Assembly (NCBI GenBank): GCA_028713935.1 | Contig: JAQTNI010000001.1 | Coordinates: forward strand, 33,894 to 65,893 | From: Candidatus Iainarchaeum sp. | Lineage (GTDB): Archaea; Iainarchaeota; Iainarchaeia; Iainarchaeales; GCA-2688035 | Direction of reading: 5' to 3' | Length of the DNA stretch: 32,000 nucleotides | Shown here: piece after piece, positions 22,215 through 31,473 of the stretch | How the letters are laid out: each line of letters begins with the position of its first letter | How positions within the stretch are numbered: position 1 is the stretch's first letter | Program-made: the position numbers and the translations under genes | Notes under the pieces: generated by a model | Told to the model about the DNA's origin: nothing | The model's input: only the letters and a program-made list of their open reading frames with translations | Database searches by the model: none

Positions 22215-22907
22215 ATGGCAAAAAGCAAAAAAGAATTTTCTGGAAAAAAGGATTGCGGAATTGTTGTTTCAAAGGATGGGCCTTATCTTGTTTCTGGCGG
22301 CTTGCCTCTGGTAAGGGAAATTGCTGTGCCTGACAGTGAAGGCCATCCTGTAAAATGGGTGAAAGGCAAGGTTTTTCCTGCCAAGGGAGATTATGCTCTT
22401 TGCCGTTGTGGACAGACTGAAAAAAAGCCGTTTTGTGATGGAACACACACTAAAATAGGCTTTGATGGCACTGAAACAGCAAGCAGGAAAGAATTCCTGA
22501 AACAAGCGGAAAAAATCAGTGGGTCAGGCCTTGTTTTGTTTGATGCGCCAGAACTGTGCGCAGGAGCAGGGTTTTGCCATAGCAAGGAAGGGGATACATG
22601 GAACCTTACAAAAGAGTCTGATAATTTCAAATCAAAAAAAATTGCAATCCAGCAGGCATGCGATTGCCCTGCGGGAAGGCTGGTGGCTTGTGAAAAAAAA
22701 ACAGGCAAGCCAATTGAACCTGATTTTAAGCCAGGAATCAGCATTACAAAATGGCAAGGCGAAAAATTTCCCGGTCCCTTTTGGATAAAAGGCGGAGTGC
22801 CAATAGAATCGCATGATGGAAAAAAATATGAAACAAGGAATCGCGTTACTTTGTGCCATTGCGGCAAATCAAGAAACAAGCCGTTTTGTGATGGCAGCCA
22901 TATGTAA
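22215..22907 (+). CDS. CDGSH iron-sulfur domain protein (two CDGSH motifs)
   Basis: CRCGQTEKKPFCDGTH and CHCGKSRNKPFCDGSH, plus a central Cys-rich segment. Start trimmed to the ATG at 22215. Confidence 0.85.
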   Translation: MAKSKKEFSGKKDCGIVVSKDGPYLVSGGLPLVREIAVPDSEGHPVKWVKGKVFPAKGDYALCRCGQTEKKPFCDGTHTKIGFDGTETASRKEFLKQAEKISGSGLVLFDAPELCAGAGFCHSKEGDTWNLTKESDNFKSKKIAIQQACDCPAGRLVACEKKTGKPIEPDFKPGISITKWQGEKFPGPFWIKGGVPIESHDGKKYETRNRVTLCHCGKSRNKPFCDGSHM

Positions 22908-22971
22908 GCAAATATTTTTCCAAGTTTTTTTGTTGGAAAGGTTATAAACTACTTTGTTAAATGCTTTTTTT

Positions 22972-23457
22972 ATGCAGGAAGAATTCAGGCTTGTTTCAAA
23001 TACGGAATTGGCAGGCCCTTTAAGGCATTTTGTTGAAGCTATTTTTGCCAAACATATTTCTAATCCGGGTTCTTTGAAGGTTTTTATTTCAAACGGCGGC
23101 CAAATGAAAGGGATTGCAAGGGGCAATGTTTTGATTGGATTTTGCGCCTTTATGCCGCTTGGCAATGATTCTGTTTTAATAAGCCAAATCTGGACAAATA
23201 CGAAGTCAGTGGCTGCAAGAGAATTCAAAAGAGATTTTGGCAGGACTCCAACAGAATATCTTTTTGGAGATTTTTTGAGGAAAGGAATTTCCCATTTTCA
23301 TCATCTAGGGGTAACAGCTTTAGGTGCAAGATTTTTGGCAAGGCTTGAGAAAAACGCCCTGGTTGCTAAAAAACAAAGCGGGTTTGAAATAACAAATAGG
23401 GCAATTGAAAAAGCAAAAAAAACAAGGCAATTAAGGCCTCTCAGGGTTATTCATTGA
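22972..23457 (+). CDS. Hypothetical protein
   Basis: 161-codon ORF from the first ATG. No motif recognised. Confidence 0.45.
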   Translation: MQEEFRLVSNTELAGPLRHFVEAIFAKHISNPGSLKVFISNGGQMKGIARGNVLIGFCAFMPLGNDSVLISQIWTNTKSVAAREFKRDFGRTPTEYLFGDFLRKGISHFHHLGVTALGARFLARLEKNALVAKKQSGFEITNRAIEKAKKTRQLRPLRVIH

Positions 23458-23462
23458 ATTTT

Positions 23463-23690
23463 TTATTCGTCCTGTTTTTGCTTGGGTTTGACTGGTGTTT
23501 TTACCTGGCCTCTGGCCTGGTTGCTTTCTGAAAGGTCCTGGATTCTTCTAGCCAAAGCGGAATATTTTTTTTGTTTCAGCATTAATTGCATTTCCAACAG
23601 CCTTAATTGCCAGTAGTCCTGGGGTTTTGCGCAGTCCAGTTCGTCCAGCACTTCGGATAACTTTCGTTTCACCATAAAAATTGCCTCCAA
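23463..23690 (-). CDS. Hypothetical small helical protein
   Basis: 75-codon ORF with a charged C-terminal tail. Coding status is uncertain. Confidence 0.35.
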   Translation of the reverse strand: MEAIFMVKRKLSEVLDELDCAKPQDYWQLRLLEMQLMLKQKKYSALARRIQDLSESNQARGQVKTPVKPKQKQDE

Positions 23691-23944
23691 AAAAATCAGT
23701 CAAATTTTTGAATAAAAAGCCAATAAAAAATCAATTCCAAATTGTTATATAATCAGTGTATGGTTAGTATTAAAATGCAATAATAAGGCAGCAATAAACG
23801 CTTTTTTTGGCTCAGTTCCCTTTATAACCTGTTTTTGGCACTTATTATGTATATCAGATTCTGTTTCTCTAATCTGTTAGTGCTTTGGCACCATAGTAAA
23901 TTTTTTGAGAATTAAAAAATTCAATTGATTGTGGAGGGATAAAA

Positions 23945-24439
23945 ATGACTTTAGAACCTATTTGGACAAAAGACCTGGATATTGTTTTTGTTGGAATAAA
24001 CCCGAGGTCAGAATCAGTGGAAAATGGAATGTATTTTCACGAGAACAATTCTTTTTGGTCGCAATTAAACGAATCTGAAATTACTTCGGAAATTACTGAT
24101 TCAAAAAACATGCTGAAATACAATATTGGAATTGATAACCTGGTTCACAGGCCTACGAAAAGCAGCAAAGAGCTTTCAAAAAAAGAATATTATGATGGCA
24201 GGAAAGAACTGGAACAAAAAATTCTGGAGCAAAAGCCAAAGACTGTCTGCTTTTTGGGAAAAAAGGCATTCAGGAAATATTTTAAGGAAAAGCCTGAAAA
24301 CCATGGCTGGCAAAAAGAAAAAATTTTGGAATCAAAAGTTTTCATAGCGTATGTTCCGAAAAAAAACAAGTATGATTCAAAAATGAACATTACTGAAAAA
24401 GACAAGATAAACAAGTTAAAAGAATTAAAATCACAATAA
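23945..24439 (+). CDS. mug: Mug/TDG-type (family 2) uracil/mismatch DNA glycosylase
   Basis: DIVFVGINPRSESVENGMYFHENNSFWSQL and GIDNLVHRPTKSSKELSKKEYYDGRKELEQKILEQKPKTVCFLGKKAF align block by block with E. coli Mug (VVFCGINPG...NRFW; LVDRPT...ILGKQAY). GGAGGG lies 7 nt before the ATG. Confidence 0.85.
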   Translation: MTLEPIWTKDLDIVFVGINPRSESVENGMYFHENNSFWSQLNESEITSEITDSKNMLKYNIGIDNLVHRPTKSSKELSKKEYYDGRKELEQKILEQKPKTVCFLGKKAFRKYFKEKPENHGWQKEKILESKVFIAYVPKKNKYDSKMNITEKDKINKLKELKSQ

Positions 24440-24567
24440 GCAATTCACTGCAAATGCTTTGTGCAGGGCAGGCAAGCTTTGCACAAACAATGAATTGCAG
24501 AGCAATTAATTCAAATAAGCTTTTTATTCCTAAGCGCACTGATTAGTTAAATAGGGGCTGTTTTTCA

Positions 24568-25722
24568 ATGGGCAAAACTTTTGGCATCAGCATAGGGCTT
24601 GGCATTGTAAAGCCAAATTTTGAAAAGCCGTTTGAAGAGAATTTTGAGAAGGCTTTTTCTGCTTTCAAGGAATACAAAAAGGCAAAAATTTCTGAAAGGA
24701 AAGCGTTTTTTGGAGTGCTTTCAAGGAAGGACTGGGAAAGCCTTGTAGGAATAAAGCTGATTGAAAATTCTTCCATAGAAGGAAAAAAATTTCTTGAAGG
24801 GGAATACAAAAAAATTCTTTTTTTTGATGAAGAAAGGCTTTTTCTTGAAACAGTTGAACTGAACAGGGAAATGGAAAACAATCTTTTTCTTCTGAAGAAA
24901 AAAAGAAGTTTTGCAAAAAGCATTGCAAAGGGAATTTTCAGGGTAAAAAATGCTTTTTCTGGCTTTGAAAGGCTTTTCAAGAAAAAAATTCTTTTGGAAA
25001 TGGGTTTTTTCAGGCTGCTGCCTTTTTGTTATTCCCTGATTGAAGAACTGCCTGAATCAAAAAAACAATTTGTGAAATACAATGAAAGCGATGCAATTGA
25101 GTTTGTTTCAAAGCCGGGCCAGAGCCTTAATAAAATTGAAAAAGAATTATTGCGGAACATTCTGCTTGCAGAAAAAATTCTTGCAAAAAAAGGCCTGAAA
25201 CTTTTTTTTGGCAGTGTTTATCCAAAAACAAAAAGAATGGGCTTGCTGAAAAAGATTGGAATTGGCGAGGACCAGAATTTTTTGGAATTGCATTTGCACA
25301 TGGGAAATTTTGATTCCGCTGCTGAAATGGCAGAACTGTACAACAAAATAATTGGCTTTTTTGAAGCAAATCCCCTGTTAATTGAAGAGGAGCGCAGGCT
25401 TTTTTATGGCCTTAAAAACCCAAGAAGGTTAAGCCTGAAAGGCATTGAAGAGCAAATTCGGGCAAGGTTTGGAAAAAACAGCAGGCTTGAAAAACCAGGC
25501 AGGCCTGATATTGATGCAATTATTTCGGCTTTGAACAATAGAAAACAGAAATTTTTGGCGAGAGATTATGCGACTGTTTTTATCAGGCCTGAGCTTGGCA
25601 CAATTGAAATCAGGGCTTTTGGAACAAAAGGAAACGGAACAAAAAGCATAAGGAAAAACCTTCATGAAAACATTGTTTTTTTTGAACAGTTCATGAAAAA
25701 ACTTGAATTGGCTTCAGCGTGA
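24568..25722 (+). CDS. Hypothetical protein whose C-terminal half resembles GCS2-type carboxylate-amine ligases
   Basis: 384 aa. AIEFVSKPGQSL, LELHLHMG and FIRPELGTIEIRAFG resemble the E-x-E, H-x-H-x-G and E-x-R motifs of glutamate-cysteine ligase family 2 (YbdK-like). The N-terminal ~150 aa are unassigned. Confidence 0.4.
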   Translation: MGKTFGISIGLGIVKPNFEKPFEENFEKAFSAFKEYKKAKISERKAFFGVLSRKDWESLVGIKLIENSSIEGKKFLEGEYKKILFFDEERLFLETVELNREMENNLFLLKKKRSFAKSIAKGIFRVKNAFSGFERLFKKKILLEMGFFRLLPFCYSLIEELPESKKQFVKYNESDAIEFVSKPGQSLNKIEKELLRNILLAEKILAKKGLKLFFGSVYPKTKRMGLLKKIGIGEDQNFLELHLHMGNFDSAAEMAELYNKIIGFFEANPLLIEEERRLFYGLKNPRRLSLKGIEEQIRARFGKNSRLEKPGRPDIDAIISALNNRKQKFLARDYATVFIRPELGTIEIRAFGTKGNGTKSIRKNLHENIVFFEQFMKKLELASA

Positions 25723-26607
25723 CTTTGGAATTTTGTGGCCTCCAAATTTGTTTCTTATGGCTGCTATAAACTTGTTTGAAAAAGTGTTTTCCTGCCTTGA
25801 CCTTAGGCGGGATTCAAAAGCTGCTGTTATTGAAGAAAACGGGATTTCTTTTTTCCAGGCTTCTTCAATTGCCCATTTGCCTGTTTCCCCGCCTTCAACA
25901 ATTCCCGGAAGATTATCAAAATTTTCTTCTTTAAGCGCTTTTTCCGCGAGTTCAAGGATATATGACCTGATTATGGCCCCGTTGTTCCAGGTGCCGGCAA
26001 TTTCACAAAGATTAAAGCCAAATTCAGATTTTGACAATAATTCAAATCCCTCTGCATAGCTTTGAAGAATTCCGTATTCAATTGCATTGTGCGCCATTTT
26101 TATAAAATGCCCTGAACCATTTCCGCCTGCAAACAATAATCCGTTTTTGCTTGCCAAAGCCTCAAAAACAGGCTTGAACTTTTCAAAGGCCTTTTTTTCC
26201 CCGCCAACAGTGAAACAAAGCCCGTTTTCAGCGCCCCGCAGGCCCCCGCTTGTTCCTGCATCAAGAAAAAAAATGCCTTTTTCTCCAAGGCTTTTGGCTC
26301 TTCTGATGGAATCAAGGTAATGGGAATTGCCTGCATCTGCAATAATGTCGCCTTTTTTCAAATAGGGAAGAATTTCCAAAATTGCTTTTTCCACTGCTTC
26401 CCCCGCTGGAACCAAAAGGACAATTTTTCTTTCCGGCTTTAAATACTCCACAAACTCCTTAATGCTTGAAGCGATATTAATTTTTTTTCCAAGCTCTTTT
26501 CTTAAATCCGGATTTTTATCAAACCCAATGGCATCAATTTTTTTTGAAGCCAGATTTGCCAATGCCCTCTGGCCAATTTTTCCCAGGCCAATGATTCCAA
26601 CCTGCAT
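25714..26607 (-). CDS. gnd: 6-phosphogluconate dehydrogenase, short (YqeC/Gnd-like) form
   Basis: N-terminal Rossmann motif VGIIGLGKIG, then GNSHY, GTSGG, GSGHFIKMAHNAIEYG and GGETGKWA, which are 6PGDH signatures. Confidence 0.9.
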   Translation of the reverse strand: MQVGIIGLGKIGQRALANLASKKIDAIGFDKNPDLRKELGKKINIASSIKEFVEYLKPERKIVLLVPAGEAVEKAILEILPYLKKGDIIADAGNSHYLDSIRRAKSLGEKGIFFLDAGTSGGLRGAENGLCFTVGGEKKAFEKFKPVFEALASKNGLLFAGGNGSGHFIKMAHNAIEYGILQSYAEGFELLSKSEFGFNLCEIAGTWNNGAIIRSYILELAEKALKEENFDNLPGIVEGGETGKWAIEEAWKKEIPFSSITAAFESRLRSRQENTFSNKFIAAIRNKFGGHKIPKSR

Positions 26608-26610
26608 GAA

Positions 26611-27513
26611 TTATTGCCTCCCTAGTTTTTCGTCAGCAAAAACAAAAGCCCCAAGCAGCCCAATTTTGCTGCCAAGCTTTGACGGAACAATTTTTGGCAC
26701 CTTGCCGATTGTATACTTTTTTATTTCGCGTGGCTTTGGAATAATTTTGTCAAACTGGTTCAAAGCAATTGAGCCCATCAAAACAATTGCATCAACAGAA
26801 AAAGCATTAAGCATATTGCCAATGCCCTGCGCATTGTAATCCCTTATTTGCCAAACAATTTTTTTTATTTTTTTGTCTGACTCGCTCAGCCTGAAAAAGT
26901 CTTCAACTGTTATCCTTGTTTTTAATTCTTTTTCAATTATGGATTCTATTCCAAAACCAGAGGACATTGCGGCCCAGCAGCCAAGCCTGTTGCAGCTGCA
27001 TTTTTTGGCCTTTTTCAAATCCCGCTCCAAGGTTGTGTGGCCGAATTCGCCAAAAAAACAGTCCATTGCCTTGCCGTTCATGACAAGCCCGGAACCAATT
27101 CCAGTGCTAATTGCCAGAAGAAAAAATTTTTTCACTGTTTTTCCCAGGCCAAAATTCAGTTCGGCTTTTGCGGCAGCTTTCAGGTCGTTTGCAATAAAAA
27201 CAGGCTCTTTAAAGTGCCTGCCTAATTCTCTGGCAACATTGAATTTGGAATTAATTTTCATTGGTGCAGATTCCAGCAAAAACCCGTTTTCAACAGGGCC
27301 TGGCAAGCCAAGTGAAACTCCCGCAATTTTGAATTCAGAAGAAACGCTTTCCCTAAGCGCCTTTGACAAATCCCTGATTTGCATTATTAGCGCTTTTGGG
27401 CTTCCCTTGATAGTTTTACACTCAATTGCCCTGGTTATTTTTCCGTTTTTTTGCATTAACGCGCCAAGAATTTTTGTTCCGCCAACATCATAGCATTCTA
27501 TCAGGCCAGGCAT
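26611..27513 (-). CDS. ROK-family glucokinase
   Basis: DVGGTKI at the N-terminus, GEFGH, and the zinc motif CSCNRLGCW. Start trimmed to MPGLIECYDVGG at 27513. Confidence 0.85.
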   Translation of the reverse strand: MPGLIECYDVGGTKILGALMQKNGKITRAIECKTIKGSPKALIMQIRDLSKALRESVSSEFKIAGVSLGLPGPVENGFLLESAPMKINSKFNVARELGRHFKEPVFIANDLKAAAKAELNFGLGKTVKKFFLLAISTGIGSGLVMNGKAMDCFFGEFGHTTLERDLKKAKKCSCNRLGCWAAMSSGFGIESIIEKELKTRITVEDFFRLSESDKKIKKIVWQIRDYNAQGIGNMLNAFSVDAIVLMGSIALNQFDKIIPKPREIKKYTIGKVPKIVPSKLGSKIGLLGAFVFADEKLGRQ

Positions 27514-27570
27514 AATTATGTATTGTTTGCAATAACAAATAAATAACTGTCTGTGCATAAATGCAGGTTA

Positions 27571-28266
27571 ATGAAAATAATTGCAGATAAAAATATGGAA
27601 AAATTGAATAAGCTTGCAGCCAAGATTTTGGCGAGAAGCATAAAACAGATATTGAAAAAAAAGGAGTATCTTATTCTGGGCCTTGCAGGCGGCAGGAGCC
27701 TTTTTGGCTTTTTAAAAGTTCTAAGCCGGGAAACAGAAATCCCCTGGAAAAAAATCCATTTCTTTCTGGCTGACGAAAGAATAGTGCCTGTTTCAAGCAA
27801 AGAAAGCAATTTCAGGATGATCAAGGGCGCCCTGTTTGACAGGCTTGCCAGTAAAAAATTATTGCCAAAAAAGAATATCCACAAATTTGCCATGAATAAA
27901 AAACCATGTTTTGGGCTTTTTGATTATGAAAAAGAGCTGAAAAAATACGGGAATTTTTATGATATCCTGGTTTTAAGTTCCGGAGAAGACGGGCACATAG
28001 CCTCTTTGTTTCCAAAACATGATTCAATAAAAAACAATTCAGAATGTTATCTGATAGTAAAAAATTCGCCCAAACCGCCTGAAAAAAGAATGAGTGTTTC
28101 GAGAAAAATGATTTTAAGGTCAAAAATTGTTTTGTTGTTTTTTATTGGCGAAGCCAAAAAAACCGCCTATAAAAAATTTTTAGAAAAAGGCAATGGCTTT
28201 TTTGTGTGCCCTGCGAAACTAACCAAAAGAATCAAGGAACTGTATGTCCTAACAAGCCACAAATAG
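27571..28266 (+). CDS. pgl: 6-phosphogluconolactonase
   Basis: LGLAGGRS, FFLADERIVP and LSSGEDGHIASLFP motifs. Start trimmed to the ATG at 27571. Confidence 0.85.
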   Translation: MKIIADKNMEKLNKLAAKILARSIKQILKKKEYLILGLAGGRSLFGFLKVLSRETEIPWKKIHFFLADERIVPVSSKESNFRMIKGALFDRLASKKLLPKKNIHKFAMNKKPCFGLFDYEKELKKYGNFYDILVLSSGEDGHIASLFPKHDSIKNNSECYLIVKNSPKPPEKRMSVSRKMILRSKIVLLFFIGEAKKTAYKKFLEKGNGFFVCPAKLTKRIKELYVLTSHK

Positions 28267-28269
28267 GGG

Positions 28270-28857
28270 TTATTCAAAAAATTCTTTTTTAAGAATGATT
28301 TTGTTTGTAAGGCCATAATTGTGCTTTTCGAGTACGCCTTTTGATTCAAGCCTTTTGATTGTCCTGTGGACCTGGACCTTGCTTAACCCTGTTTCCTTGA
28401 CAAGCTTTGATTGAGTGGATTCAAAATTTGCTTTTTTAAGCGTGTCAATAATTTTTTTTTCGTCAGGCAGCAATAGGCTGTTTGTTGTTTCCTGTTTTAT
28501 TGCCTTGATTTCTTTTTCGCGGACAAGGCTCCAGATTACAATTCCCGCCAAAATTGAAACAACTGCGCCTGCAATCAGGAAAAGCGAGGTTGGGGATAGC
28601 AGTGCCTGCACAGGATCGGGCGTAAAAAACCTGGCCCTGTCGAATCTGTTTGAATCAATGTTTAAGTCCCTGGCTTCTGCAGGCAGGCTCTGTGAAATTC
28701 TCTCTCCCAAAGGAAAACCAACAAGCTCTATTCTCCAAAAAACAGTGTAAGCCTGAAGTATAAAGGAAATAAGCGAAAAACCGCCGAAAAGAAAGCACAA
28801 AAACATTATTGCAAAATACTTTTTCTTTGCCCTGAAAATAGTTTCATTTTGTTTCAT
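28270..28857 (-). CDS. Membrane-anchored winged-helix transcriptional regulator
   Basis: Two TM helices followed by SKLVKETGLSKVQVHRTIKRLESKGVLEK (MarR/ArsR-like wHTH). It is divergent from the ABC operon. Confidence 0.7.
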   Translation of the reverse strand: MKQNETIFRAKKKYFAIMFLCFLFGGFSLISFILQAYTVFWRIELVGFPLGERISQSLPAEARDLNIDSNRFDRARFFTPDPVQALLSPTSLFLIAGAVVSILAGIVIWSLVREKEIKAIKQETTNSLLLPDEKKIIDTLKKANFESTQSKLVKETGLSKVQVHRTIKRLESKGVLEKHNYGLTNKIILKKEFFE

Positions 28858-28898
28858 GTTTCATCACGTTTCAATGCCCCATAATAACTGTTTCATTA

Positions 28899-28916
28899 GG
28901 TTACAAGGAGGTTACA
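28899..28916. promoter_or_regulatory. Direct repeat GGTTACA-n4-GGTTACA in the divergent promoter region
   Basis: GGTTACA at 28899 and 28910 (11-bp period), between the wHTH regulator gene and the ABC operon. Confidence 0.4.
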
Positions 28917-28972
28917 GGCACTCCTAATAATTGTTGCAAACCAATTTAAATCTAGTGTTCGGAGGCAGTATA

Positions 28973-29683
28973 ATGGATTTGCCTGTTTTGGAATTGAAAA
29001 ATGTATGGAAAATTTATAAAATGGATTCAGTGGAAGTAACGGCTGTGAGGGATATCAGCCTGAAAATTCACGAAGGCGAATTCGTTGCAGTTATTGGGGC
29101 TTCCGGCAGCGGAAAATCCACTGCGCTTTCAATAATGGGCGCTTTGGATGTTCCCACAAAAGGGGAGGTTTTTTTGTCAGGAACAGAGATAACAAAGCTT
29201 CCCGAATCAAAAATTGCGCGTATAAGGGGCAGAAGAATCGGCTTTGTTTTCCAGACTTTTAATTTGCATCCCACATTGAATGTTTTTGAAAATATTGCCT
29301 TGCCAATGAGGATTCACGAGTTTCCGGAATCGGAAATAAATTCCAAAGTAAGGGAATTACTGAAACTTGTGGGGCTTGAGCCAAGGGAAAAGCACTTGCC
29401 TGCCCAGCTTTCTGGCGGGGAACGGCAGAGAGTTTCTGTTGCAAGGGCATTGTCTGCAAACCCTTCAATGATTCTGGCTGACGAGCCAACAGGAAACCTT
29501 GATACAAAAACCAGCCTTGAAATAATGGATTTGTTTGCGCAGCTTAACAGGGATGGAAAAACAATTGTTTTAGTAACCCATGAAATGAATCTTGCCGGTT
29601 ATGCAGAAAGGCGCATTACACTCAGGGACGGTGCAATGGTTTCCGATAAAAAAAACCAGAAAGGAGGAATTAAAGGTGGATAA
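28973..29683 (+). CDS. ABC transporter ATP-binding protein (MacB/LolD-type)
   Basis: Walker A GASGSGKST, signature LSGGERQRV, Walker B ILADEPT. GGAGG lies 8 nt before the ATG at 28973. Confidence 0.95.
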   Translation: MDLPVLELKNVWKIYKMDSVEVTAVRDISLKIHEGEFVAVIGASGSGKSTALSIMGALDVPTKGEVFLSGTEITKLPESKIARIRGRRIGFVFQTFNLHPTLNVFENIALPMRIHEFPESEINSKVRELLKLVGLEPREKHLPAQLSGGERQRVSVARALSANPSMILADEPTGNLDTKTSLEIMDLFAQLNRDGKTIVLVTHEMNLAGYAERRITLRDGAMVSDKKNQKGGIKGG

Positions 29684-29981
29684 AAAATTGTTGGTTTGCA
29701 TAGTAATAATCCTGATTTTGGCTGGAACAGTTTCTTTTTTTGTTCTGAGGGATTTTGGAATTCTTGGCGGCAGGGATTTTAGAGGCGGGTTTAACAATAA
29801 CAATTTTAATGATGCCTCTGTGCTTTTGCCGAGAATAAAAACTTCCCTGGGCTTGCCTGCTGATGCAACGGATGCACAGGTAAAAGAGGCGTTGGGCCTG
29901 CCCCAGGATGCAAATTTTGAACAAATAAGAAACGCATTCATTCAAAAATATCCAATAACAAGACCACAAGGAGGAAATTAG
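29676..29981 (+). CDS. Small single-TM protein (hypothetical)
   Basis: A GTG start preceded by AAGGAGG, overlapping the ABC ATPase stop. One TM helix, then a short internal repeat LGLPADATDAQVKEA / LGLPQDANFEQIRNA. Confidence 0.5.
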   Translation: MDKKLLVCIVIILILAGTVSFFVLRDFGILGGRDFRGGFNNNNFNDASVLLPRIKTSLGLPADATDAQVKEALGLPQDANFEQIRNAFIQKYPITRPQGGN

Positions 29982-29982
29982 C

Positions 29983-31467
29983 ATGAACAAAAAAATTTTA
30001 ATTGGAGCAATTTTTTTGCTGGCAATAATTGGGTTCCAGATGCAATTGGCCTATGCGGCTGCATCTGAGCCTGCATATCTTGTTTCAGTTACTGGAACAA
30101 GATTTTTGCCTGCAAACATTAATGCAGGGGACATTGCAAGCGTTGCAATAGATATCCAGAGCAATGCCTTTGCTTTTGCAATAAGCGACCTGAATGGAAC
30201 AATTGATTTGGGAAACCAGTTTTTGCCGATTAAATCACAGGATTCTTTTGTGGGTTTGCGCGCAGGCTCAACAAAAACCCTGATATTCAATTTTCAGGCA
30301 AAACAGGATACTTTGCCAGGTTATTATCCGGCTTTTTTGACAATCACTTATGCGCGCCCTGACGGAGCTCTTGCAAAGCAGACCCAGCCTTTTTCAATTC
30401 CGGTTTCAAAATCAGAAAAAAATCTTGATGTAACAGTGAACCCAAGAGTAATAAATCCAGGAAACCAGACAGACATTGTTTTTACAGTAAAAAACTTGGG
30501 CGGAGTTCCTGTGACAAACCTTTCTTTTTCCTGGTCTGAAGCCAGCGATTTGTTATTGCCATTAGGCTCTGACAACAAAAAGTATGTTGCAATTTTAGGC
30601 GCAAATGAATCAACAGGAATTTCTTACACAGTTGCGGCAGACCCAAACATTACTCCGGGAATTTATCCTGTTGATGTTACAATAACATTCAATGACAGCA
30701 ATGGCACAAGGACAATTACCTCAAATGTGGGGATAATAATCGGTGGCAAAACAGATTTTGAAATAAGTGCTGAAATAAGTTCCAGCAACCAGCTTTCAAT
30801 AAGCATTGCTAATGTAGGCTCTAATAATGCAGGGGCAGTGGTTGTAAAAATTCTTGACCAGAGTGGAATAAAGGTTAGCGGAAGCAGCACTTCAATAATT
30901 GGAAACCTGAACAAGGGGGATTATACAATTGCAAATTTCCAGTTATTGTCCTCTGGTTTTGGGCAGGTCACGCAGAATTCCGGAACTGAGCAGGCAAACC
31001 AGCAGCAGTTTCCCCCAGGAAGTGATGCTAACAGGTTTGGCTCACAGGCAAGGCAGGGAAGCCCAAGCAGTGTTGCAATAGAAATTGATTACACTGACAC
31101 AACCGGCGAAAGGCAGAGCGTGCAAAAAACAATTTCCTTAAGCAGGGAAGTTTCAACTGGCACAACTGCCGGAACAGGCTTTTCAGGCAGGCAGGGCCAG
31201 AACAGCCTGATGTCAAATATTGCCTGGATACTTTTGGCAGCATTTGTAATCTCCCCTATTGGCTTGAATTATAAATTAAAAAAGAAGAAATGGAAAACAA
31301 TTGGAATTGCATTGGCGCCTATAATAATTTTGTTTTTGGCGACAATACTTGTTTTCAATTCCAATCTGATAGGCATAATCCTCTCTGCAATAGTTTCAGT
31401 GGCTTTGCTTGCCTGGCTTTTTTACAAGCCATTGCAAGCCAGGCTTTTTTTTAAAAAGGAAAAGTGA
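29983..31467 (+). CDS. Secreted S-layer-domain/CARDB-like protein with a C-terminal membrane anchor (COG1361-like)
   Basis: Signal peptide, repeated beta-rich modules (PGxYP...TITY / VDVTITF), and C-terminal TM helices. This is the usual partner of archaeal MacB-type ABC systems. AAGGAGG precedes the ATG. Confidence 0.7.
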   Translation: MNKKILIGAIFLLAIIGFQMQLAYAAASEPAYLVSVTGTRFLPANINAGDIASVAIDIQSNAFAFAISDLNGTIDLGNQFLPIKSQDSFVGLRAGSTKTLIFNFQAKQDTLPGYYPAFLTITYARPDGALAKQTQPFSIPVSKSEKNLDVTVNPRVINPGNQTDIVFTVKNLGGVPVTNLSFSWSEASDLLLPLGSDNKKYVAILGANESTGISYTVAADPNITPGIYPVDVTITFNDSNGTRTITSNVGIIIGGKTDFEISAEISSSNQLSISIANVGSNNAGAVVVKILDQSGIKVSGSSTSIIGNLNKGDYTIANFQLLSSGFGQVTQNSGTEQANQQQFPPGSDANRFGSQARQGSPSSVAIEIDYTDTTGERQSVQKTISLSREVSTGTTAGTGFSGRQGQNSLMSNIAWILLAAFVISPIGLNYKLKKKKWKTIGIALAPIIILFLATILVFNSNLIGIILSAIVSVALLAWLFYKPLQARLFFKKEK

Positions 31468-31473
31468 TTCTCA

